Of a stretch of DNA of 29,773 nucleotides, positions 23,110 through 29,773 are shown one piece after another; the stretch's first letter is position 1; each line of letters opens with the position of its first letter. Source of the DNA: a virus (taxonomy: Duplodnaviria; Caudoviricetes). The notes beneath the pieces are model-generated. The model made no database searches. It had not been told where the DNA came from and worked only from the letters and a program-made list of their open reading frames with translations. The position numbers were made by a program, and so were the translations under genes. The DNA is taken from IMG/VR virus record IMGVR_UViG_3300036798_000298, positions 1 to 29,773 of that record; one strand, 5' to 3'.

Positions 23110-24605
23110 CACCTCCCACCTGCGAACGCTGCGGCGGACCTCGCACTCCCAACTCTGGCAGGCTTTGCCGCGCCTGCTACTTAAGGAAAGACCCACCTGT
23201 GACCGCTGACCACCAACCCTCGCCCAGCCACGTCGATCTGCTGGAACTCGCCCGCTTCCTCGTCCTGCCGGGCGCCAAGCAGCTGCTGGAGGCCTTCGCC
23301 CAGATCCCACCAGGAAGGCTGCGGCAGACCGCCATCGATCATGTCGCGGCGATCGCCGAGGCGTTCGTGATCCCGCCGCAGTCGCTACGGGTCGATCCAC
23401 TGCTGACTTCAGGTGTCGCCAAGGGCGGCGAGGCAGAGGTCGCCCAGCTGATTTCCGGCCCGCGGCGCGGCGTGGTGCAGACGGATGATCCTGAGGTGAA
23501 AGCCGTCGAACTGATGCTGGCTAATGTGCCGCCGACCGTAGCTGCTCAACAGACGGGCCTGACCGTCAATCAGGTGCTGGCTGCAAAGAAGGCCGCTAAG
23601 GGCCATGGCCTGAAGTTTCCCAACCTGCGGATCGGTCGCAAAGGCGGCACAGCCGCGATCTTCGTCACCGACATGGCGCAACTCGACACCGGTTACGGCG
23701 CCGCTGTGATGAGCCGCGCCGCTGCCGAGCGTGGTCTTGATCTTGAAGCCTACCTGGGGCGCCGCCGCCTGGCGCTGGATATGGCGATGGCCGGACGGCA
23801 TGTCCGCGCGATCATGGAAGCGACCAAAGAGCCGAAGACCGTGCTGACCACATGGTTCACGACGGCGCGGCGGGCCGGTTACGAAGTCCCTTACATGTTT
23901 GACATCGAGACGCCGTCCGACGACGTGCCGGTCGCTGAGAAGCCGGGGGTTCGGGGCAAGTCGCGCGTCTCCCACGATCAGCGTGAGGTCACGGTGTACC
24001 GCTATCCGGTGTTTACGCCGCTCGACCAGCTACGGTCTGGCAAGGCGAGCGTGGAGAAGTGGTCGGCGAAGCGCGGGCTCACCGCGCAGCAGCTGTTCGA
24101 CCTGCGGGAAAAGGTGGTCGAAATGCGGCTGGCCGGTGAGAGCCCGTCCATCATCGCCAACACCTTGAGGATGGACACCCACTTCGTGCGGAACGCCGCC
24201 GCGAACGCCGCTCGTGACCACGGCGTCATCTTCCCCCCAGCCAGAACTCTCAGGCGGCATGAACACGTCACCGTGCCGGAACGGATGGTGGAGCAGCCGA
24301 CCAACGTCATCACCCTGCGGCGGTTCTTCGGGGATGTCGGTGACCTGCACCGTGGCGCCAAGGCTGCTGTGGGGAAAGCCGCCCAGGTGCGCGGGATGAC
24401 GGTGCAGGCCTACCTCGATCTCTGCGAGAGCATCGTGCAGCACCGGATGGCGGGGCTGCGGGCGTTCGAGATCGCCGACCTGACCGGTGAGAAGCAGTTC
24501 ATGGTGAAGGACATCATCGCCAAGGCGGTTGAGCGTGGCGCGGTGTTCCCGCCCTACAACGCCATGGCCTACGCCGAGGTGAGGAAGGCAGCAGCCCGTG
24601 GCTGA
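23106..24605 (+). CDS. Large protein with four tandem HTH-like modules
   Basis: Repeated RG.....Y/F....(M)AG....IA..T....V......A...G..FP units. Start uncertain (23106, or 23199 after AAGGAAAG). Confidence 0.7.
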   Translation: MTPPTCERCGGPRTPNSGRLCRACYLRKDPPVTADHQPSPSHVDLLELARFLVLPGAKQLLEAFAQIPPGRLRQTAIDHVAAIAEAFVIPPQSLRVDPLLTSGVAKGGEAEVAQLISGPRRGVVQTDDPEVKAVELMLANVPPTVAAQQTGLTVNQVLAAKKAAKGHGLKFPNLRIGRKGGTAAIFVTDMAQLDTGYGAAVMSRAAAERGLDLEAYLGRRRLALDMAMAGRHVRAIMEATKEPKTVLTTWFTTARRAGYEVPYMFDIETPSDDVPVAEKPGVRGKSRVSHDQREVTVYRYPVFTPLDQLRSGKASVEKWSAKRGLTAQQLFDLREKVVEMRLAGESPSIIANTLRMDTHFVRNAAANAARDHGVIFPPARTLRRHEHVTVPERMVEQPTNVITLRRFFGDVGDLHRGAKAAVGKAAQVRGMTVQAYLDLCESIVQHRMAGLRAFEIADLTGEKQFMVKDIIAKAVERGAVFPPYNAMAYAEVRKAAARG

Positions 24606-24843
24606 CCACCCCGGCCCGCTCGATCCAAAGGTCGCCGAGACCGGCAGGCGGATCGGCAAGCTGATCGGCGACCTGATGCCCCCCGGCATGGGCTTCGCGC
24701 TGCTGATGTTCGATCTGGAAGGCGGCGGCGCCAGCCGGATGAACTACATCTCGAACGCCGAGCGTAAGGACATGATCGCCGCCCTGCACGAACTGCTGGC
24801 CAACTTCGAAGGCCGCAGCACCGGGGAGAAGGGCCATGCCTGA
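24598..24843 (+). CDS. Conserved small phage protein
   Basis: GFALLMFD......NYISNA.R.DMI.AL.E motif. Confidence 0.75.
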   Translation: MADHPGPLDPKVAETGRRIGKLIGDLMPPGMGFALLMFDLEGGGASRMNYISNAERKDMIAALHELLANFEGRSTGEKGHA

Positions 24844-25754
24844 TGCTGGCTGATCAACTTCTGGCCGATACCGGCGACCTCGACGCGATGATGTTCGGGG
24901 GCCTCGATCTCTACAAGATCCGGCTGCGCGCAGCCGAGAAATTCGTCCTCGACCGCAGCATTGGTGAAGTCGTCGGCGACATGCCCCGGCAGGCTGTGCG
25001 GGACGCCCTGCCGTTCTGTCGTCTGCCCTATCCGGTCTGCTGGCTGGAGATCGCGCAGCAGGACCGGCCGTTCTTCGCCGACGCTTTCTTCCACGGCCCC
25101 AACCATGCGGGCGCGAAGACCTACCAGCCGGTGCGGGTCGGCATTCTCTGCGAGCAGCAGGGCGACAATCCGCAGCGGTTCTGGGCGACCTTGGCATGGA
25201 GCTACAACGCCGCCGACCAGCTGGCCCAGGGCCTCGACACTCCGATGTCCATCAGTCCCGGTGGCGCGTCGATCTGGTGTGACACGTTCGACCACAAGCT
25301 GGGTGAGCCGTTCCTGCTGACCATGCAGGTCGCACCGTACTTCCGCGCCACCATGGAGATCATCGCGAGGAAGGATCCGAAGCTTGCCGAGCAGCTGGCC
25401 CGCTACTCAAACCACGACTGGGCCGGCGAGCCGTGGTTCTGGCTAGGCGTGCTGGCCCTCCTGAACGCCAGGAACGGGGCTGTCGCGATCCCGCGGGTGA
25501 TCGATCCGGCGCTGAACAGAAGCCGCCGGCGGGCTGGAAAACTGCCTCTGACGGACTATCACGAACTGACCCTGCGGCTGTCGCCTGGAGAGCGTGGCGC
25601 ACGCAGCCACGGTGGGGCGCGCGGTTCTCTGCGCGCCCACACCGTGCGCGGCCACTTCAAGCACCGCGCGACCGGCCTCTACTGGTGGCGCCCGTTCATC
25701 CGGGGGGATGTCGCCGAGGGGTTCATCGGCAAAACCTACAAAGTGAAATCATGA
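24843..25754 (+). CDS. Conserved hypothetical phage protein
   Basis: RLPYP.CWLE and C-terminal RAHTVRGHFK....WWRPF.RG motifs. Confidence 0.75.
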   Translation: MLADQLLADTGDLDAMMFGGLDLYKIRLRAAEKFVLDRSIGEVVGDMPRQAVRDALPFCRLPYPVCWLEIAQQDRPFFADAFFHGPNHAGAKTYQPVRVGILCEQQGDNPQRFWATLAWSYNAADQLAQGLDTPMSISPGGASIWCDTFDHKLGEPFLLTMQVAPYFRATMEIIARKDPKLAEQLARYSNHDWAGEPWFWLGVLALLNARNGAVAIPRVIDPALNRSRRRAGKLPLTDYHELTLRLSPGERGARSHGGARGSLRAHTVRGHFKHRATGLYWWRPFIRGDVAEGFIGKTYKVKS

Positions 25755-25960
25755 CGCCAGAAGACCTGCAGGCCATGCTTCACGCAGTGCAGGCGGTGAC
25801 GCCAACTGGCTGGCGAAGCGTGATCATCGCCATGGATGCTTACGGCGAGGTTCGCGTGGTCACCGATTTCCTCGACGCTGAACGGCTCACGCCGTTCGCT
25901 CTTGAAGCGGCGCTGGTCGCTATCAGGACCGGGCGCGGCGTTGAACTGAAGGGGCAATGA
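25751..25960 (+). CDS. Hypothetical protein (69 aa)
   Basis: ATGA coupling; MTPEDLQAML... Confidence 0.6.
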   Translation: MTPEDLQAMLHAVQAVTPTGWRSVIIAMDAYGEVRVVTDFLDAERLTPFALEAALVAIRTGRGVELKGQ

Positions 25961-25963
25961 TCG

Positions 25964-26401
25964 ATGATCGAGCAGATCGGGTTTACAGCCACCCGTGACG
26001 GGCTCACCGGCCCGCAGCTGGTCGCCTTGTCAGAAGTTCTGGCCAGCCTGCCGCCGTATTCCGAGGGCCACCACGGGGACGCCATCGGCGGGGACGCGGC
26101 GATCCACCGGATGCTCAAGGCGATGGGCTGGCGGATCGTGATCCACCCGGCCTACGCCTCGCGGCACCGGGCGTTCATGCAGGACGCCGACGAGAAACGC
26201 CGCCCGAAGCGTCCGCTCGATCGCAACATCGACATCGTGCAGGAGACCAGCCGGCTGATCGCCTGTCCCGGCGGGATCGGCGAGGAAATCCGCAGCGGGA
26301 CGTGGCAGACGATCCGCACCGCCAGGCGGCTGCATAAGCCGATCACCCTGGTCTGGCCGGATGGCCGGGCCGAGCCGGACAGCTGGCAGGAGAACGCCTG
26401 A
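25964..26401 (+). CDS. SLOG-superfamily (DprA/YspA-like) nucleotide-binding protein
   Basis: IGFTATR, HHGDAIGGD, PLDRNIDIV and RSGTWQTIR.AR motifs. Confidence 0.75.
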   Translation: MIEQIGFTATRDGLTGPQLVALSEVLASLPPYSEGHHGDAIGGDAAIHRMLKAMGWRIVIHPAYASRHRAFMQDADEKRRPKRPLDRNIDIVQETSRLIACPGGIGEEIRSGTWQTIRTARRLHKPITLVWPDGRAEPDSWQENA

Positions 26402-26643
26402 TGGACCCGCCAAAGGATCTCGGTGAGCAGAACGCCGAGCAGCTGTATGCGCTGATGGCGCAGCTGCCTGAAGGGGTCGAGATGTTCACCTTCATGTTCA
26501 CCCGGGTCGAAGGCGAGACGGCGGATTACTGCTTCGTCGCGGGCAGCTGTCCGCCGGAGGAGGCGATACCGGTGATCCTTAAATGGATGGTGCGGGTGGC
26601 GACCTGCGTCGAGCCCGAGGAGCCGAGAGGACCGCTGCAGTGA
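26401..26643 (+). CDS. Hypothetical protein
   Basis: TGATG coupling; AGGAG SD. Confidence 0.6.
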   Translation: MDPPKDLGEQNAEQLYALMAQLPEGVEMFTFMFTRVEGETADYCFVAGSCPPEEAIPVILKWMVRVATCVEPEEPRGPLQ

Positions 26644-26936
26644 AAGCCGAGCAGCTGACCCAGGCGCTCTACGACTACTGCCTGATCTCGGCGCGGGTCG
26701 AGGGCGCGCCGATGGGCTATCGCCTGCCGCCCTGGAAGGAACTTGTGGCGCGCGACCCGGACGACGCGATGCGCTGGCGGGACGCCGCCTGGGCGTTCCT
26801 TGAAGGCATCGGCGTCGATGTCACCTGGGACGAAGAGATCAGCTTCAGCGCCGCGATGATCAAGCCGCTGCCGGCTGGCCAGGACGCCGTCGAGGACGAC
26901 GGGGAGGCCCACAAGATCACGCCGGACGGAGGCTGA
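26640..26936 (+). CDS. Hypothetical protein
   Basis: GTGA coupling; MKAEQLTQALYDYC... Confidence 0.6.
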   Translation: MKAEQLTQALYDYCLISARVEGAPMGYRLPPWKELVARDPDDAMRWRDAAWAFLEGIGVDVTWDEEISFSAAMIKPLPAGQDAVEDDGEAHKITPDGG

Positions 26937-26937
26937 G

Positions 26938-27327
26938 ATGGCCGGTGAGTTCCAGACCCAGGAGTGCATCGAATGCGGTGTGCGCTTCGGCGTGACGCCC
27001 TACTTCGACGAGCGGCGGCGCGCCGACAAGCGCAGCTTCTGGTGTCCGAACGGCCACACCCAGGCCTACGTCGAGAGTGAGGCCGACAGGCTGCGCGGCG
27101 AACTGGACAAGACGCGCCGCGAGCGAGACCAGCTGAAGCAGAACGAGGCGTGGTGGTCGCAGCGGCTGGACCTGGCGCGGGAGGAACAGAAGGCGCTGAA
27201 GGCTCAGGTGAAGAAGATCACGGTGCGGGTCGGCCAGGGCGTCTGCCCCTGCTGCAACCGGCAGTTCGTGCAGCTGAAGCGGCACATGGCCGTGAAGCAT
27301 CCGACCTATAAGGAGGCGGCGGCATGA
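26938..27327 (+). CDS. Zinc-finger/coiled-coil protein
   Basis: CIECG...WCPNGH, a coiled coil, and CPCCNR.F..L.RHM..KH (C2H2). Confidence 0.75.
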   Translation: MAGEFQTQECIECGVRFGVTPYFDERRRADKRSFWCPNGHTQAYVESEADRLRGELDKTRRERDQLKQNEAWWSQRLDLAREEQKALKAQVKKITVRVGQGVCPCCNRQFVQLKRHMAVKHPTYKEAAA

Positions 27328-27578
27328 CCCGGGAGATCGTCTACACGACGACCCAGGCGCGGGCCCTGCTGCACATCGGCCGCACGCGGTTCTGGCGGGC
27401 GGTGAAGGACGGCGAGATCGAGACGTTCAGGTGGTTGGGGAAAACCTACGTTCGGGCCGAGGATCTCGCCTCGGCCCGTGACGCAGCGTTCGCTAGGCGG
27501 CGCGGCGGCGGCGGCGTGGCAGTGGCACGACGTTCGTCTCCTGCACCACCGCGCAGTAAGCCGCCCATGCGTCCATGA
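27324..27578 (+). CDS. xis: Excisionase / HTH_17-like recombination directionality factor
   Basis: YTTTQARALLHIGRTRFWRAVKDGEI; converges on the integrase. Confidence 0.75.
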   Translation: MTREIVYTTTQARALLHIGRTRFWRAVKDGEIETFRWLGKTYVRAEDLASARDAAFARRRGGGGVAVARRSSPAPPRSKPPMRP

Positions 27579-28812
27579 TCGGCCGACGGAAGTCGAGGTA
27601 GTCCTCGCGGTTGTAGTCGCCTTCAACGCCCTTGCGGGCCTCAGGGACGTGCGCGAGGCATTCCTTGATGTGATCCCTGTCGAACAGCATCACCAGCATC
27701 TGCTCGCCGCTCGAACGGGTCACCGTGTCCTTCTGCTTGTGCGCCCAAGTCGAGAACGACGTGCGAAAGCCGTGCAGATCGATCTCGTCGTTCACTGAGT
27801 GCATCGCAACCCGCAGCGTGGCGTCGGATGGACCCTGACCGTCGTACATTCGAAAGATCGGCCCTGACAGCGGGTACTCCGTCTCACCGGGCGGGATCAT
27901 CGCCTCAAGGATGTCATGGTGACGGTCGGTCAGCGGCACCCGGTGCGCCAGCCGCATCTTCATGACATCGGCCGGGATCACCCAGCAGTCGTTGTCGAGA
28001 TCCAGCTGCGACCAATCGGCTTGGCAGGCTTCGCTGACCCGGCTGGCCGACAGGATCATCCACTCGAGACACTGGACGGTCACGGGACCGCCGTAGCCCT
28101 TTATGTCGCGCAGGAAGGCGCCGACCTCGGCGTAGGGAAGCGCCACGCGGGATGTCTTCTCGTGGTCGGTCTTCAGTTCCTCGCGGTGTTCGAGGTTGTC
28201 CTCCCAAGCGGCCGGATTGACCCAGCCCTCGGTGACGATGTGATCGTTGGCCTTGGCCCACGACAGCACAGCGCAGAGCCGTTGGCGGACCCTGCCAGCG
28301 GCCACCGGGTGTTTTTTCGTGTAGGGGCCCAGCATCTCCAGCAGGGCTTCACGGGTCACCTCGCCGGGGTACATGTCGGCCAGTTTGCCGATCAGGTCAC
28401 GATGCAGGCTGCGGATCCACTTGGCCTGATTGGTCTTCAGATCCGGCGCGATGGCGGCGATGTGGTTCTCGGCCAACTGGTAGACCGTCTCGGCCTTCGG
28501 GGCGTTGGCCGCGGCGATCTTCGCCGCCCGCATCCGCTGAAACTCTTCCTTCGGGTTCTTCTTCTCGCCAAGGCGGTCATTGCACCACTGGCGCCACACG
28601 CGGGCCTGAGCCAGCTTGACCTTCTTGTAGGATCCCAGACCGACCTCGTCGGCCACCCCGTCGGTGAACTTGAAGACCCACGACGCCGACCTCTTGCCGC
28701 GCACGTCGAGCCAGAGCCCGCCGCCGTCATGCAGCTTGATGCGGACGCCGTCCTCCCAGGCCTTGGTGGCCTCGGCGTCGGTGATGAGCTTGCCGTTGGT
28801 GTTCAGAGCCAT
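27493..28812 (-). CDS. int: Tyrosine recombinase, P4-like integrase with arm-binding domain
   Basis: LHDGGGLWLDV...SWVFKF...GLGSY..V.LAQAR. Catalytic R (ASRVSE), K, HGFR, LAH and Y all present. Confidence 0.92.
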   Translation of the reverse strand: MALNTNGKLITDAEATKAWEDGVRIKLHDGGGLWLDVRGKRSASWVFKFTDGVADEVGLGSYKKVKLAQARVWRQWCNDRLGEKKNPKEEFQRMRAAKIAAANAPKAETVYQLAENHIAAIAPDLKTNQAKWIRSLHRDLIGKLADMYPGEVTREALLEMLGPYTKKHPVAAGRVRQRLCAVLSWAKANDHIVTEGWVNPAAWEDNLEHREELKTDHEKTSRVALPYAEVGAFLRDIKGYGGPVTVQCLEWMILSASRVSEACQADWSQLDLDNDCWVIPADVMKMRLAHRVPLTDRHHDILEAMIPPGETEYPLSGPIFRMYDGQGPSDATLRVAMHSVNDEIDLHGFRTSFSTWAHKQKDTVTRSSGEQMLVMLFDRDHIKECLAHVPEARKGVEGDYNREDYLDFRRPIMDAWAAYCAVVQETNVVPLPRRRRRAA

Positions 28813-29070
28813 GATTTTTTCCAAGGTTTTTCCCCAAATCGGCTGGGGATTTCTGTCCTCGGGAGTGAACGGCAAAACCGTCGGTGGATCAAGCTGCACT
28901 CGGAGAATGGGCGGTTTTGGGCCTCAAACGAACACCGGAAAACCCGTTTTCGGCTTCTTGCTCAGAAGCCGAACATCGTTGATTTTATTAATCTTTGAGC
29001 CTATCTGCTCGCCTTACCCAATCCGTTACCCCGACAAATCGTCGCATGGGTGTCTGCGGGGCAGGTTGGA
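28813..29070. other. Candidate attP region
   Basis: Matching paired arm-like repeats TTTTCCAA-N4-TTTCCCC (28817-28835) and TTACCCAA-N4-TTACCCC (29014-29032). AT-rich IHF-like tract at ~28978-28996; 10-bp hairpin at 28949-28973. Confidence 0.55.
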
Positions 29071-29773
29071 TCACTGATAGGGCTCCTGCCCCTCGACCGC
29101 CGCGGGGGTTGCCGCGGACGACAGGCGGCTGGTCAGTTCGTTAATCGCCGCCTGCACCGGCCCTGCGTGCTGTTCTAGGTTGGCCATCAGATCCGGGTGA
29201 TCAGTGTGGGCGATGCCGGTCTGCACGATCGCCTTAAGTTCGTCGTCGGTCAGGGTGAGGCCGTCCCGCATCTTGCCGACCGCGCCGAGCAGCATGCTGC
29301 CCCAGCCGCCCTTCGGCATCGACGGCAGGTCACCGGCGTCACCGAGCGCGCCCATCGCGTCGAGCCTGCTGGCGCTGCGGGAGTTCGTCGTCGGGTCGAT
29401 CAGCCGGATGTTGCGGATCGACAGCAGCTGGTTCCGCAGGTTGTCGCGGAAGTTGCCACCCGCGGTCTGGCCGTAGATGGCGTCCTGGATCTGCTGCTGG
29501 TTGGGCTCGTTGGCCAGCGCGTTCACCGGCCGGATGCCGCCGGCCGCAACGTCGCCGATCGCGTCGGTCGCCGCCTGACGATAGCCGACACCGGCCGAGC
29601 CGCGGATGTCGGCTTCCGACACCGGGAACGGGGTATCGACGTTACTGGTGTTCATCCCGGTATGCTGGGCGAGTTCGGCGGCGAAGTCGTCCGGCGTGCT
29701 GCTGGCGACCCCGGTGCGACCCAGGTCGAGCGCGTTGCGCTGGCCCTGCATGCCGCGGTAGGTCGCCCGGGCC
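29071..29773 (-). CDS. 3' part of a large Ala/Gly-rich protein, probably an internal virion/ejection protein (runs off the window)
   Basis: Frame open to the window edge. Helical, low-complexity composition like podovirus ejection proteins; position at the end of the late operon is inferred. Confidence 0.5.
   Translation of the reverse strand, partial: ARATYRGMQGQRNALDLGRTGVASSTPDDFAAELAQHTGMNTSNVDTPFPVSEADIRGSAGVGYRQAATDAIGDVAAGGIRPVNALANEPNQQQIQDAIYGQTAGGNFRDNLRNQLLSIRNIRLIDPTTNSRSASRLDAMGALGDAGDLPSMPKGGWGSMLLGAVGKMRDGLTLTDDELKAIVQTGIAHTDHPDLMANLEQHAGPVQAAINELTSRLSSAATPAAVEGQEPYQ

Noticed and set aside
28813-29070. tRNA or tmRNA fragment at the att site
   Set aside because: No T-arm (GTTCGA.TC) or CCA-end pattern was found on either strand.

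Overview
This window is about 30 kb of a GC-rich temperate tailed phage with a P22-like portal. The host is probably an alphaproteobacterium, because the phage carries its own GcrA homologue. A cI/cro switch sits at ~20 kb. The leftward operon runs cro, RuvC-like resolvase, Mom-like protein, PAPS-reductase-like protein, C5 DNA methyltransferase, SSB-like protein, primase-polymerase/helicase, GcrA, terS and terL, then later portal, scaffold and small late genes. The rightward operon is mostly hypothetical genes and ends in xis, which converges on a P4-family integrase. Beyond the integrase lie a candidate intact attP and the 3' end of a probable virion protein gene, which suggests a non-integrated genome. 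Four features stand out. (1) A cassette (6730-9343) between terL and portal has two mirror-image promoters, each with a TACGAC-N5-GTCGTA operator. It drives small acidic proteins and a terminal Aca-like HTH gene, and it is depleted of CCWGG and CAGG/CCTG, making it a candidate anti-defence leading region. (2) The methyltransferase has its motif IX and four tandem 'WPTP' modules in a nested alternative reading frame. (3) The Mom-like gene may need a -1 frameshift at C CCT TTC. (4) A densely structured, repeat-rich non-coding block (6050-6720) may be the packaging or terminus region. All family calls come from motif recognition by eye, not database searches.
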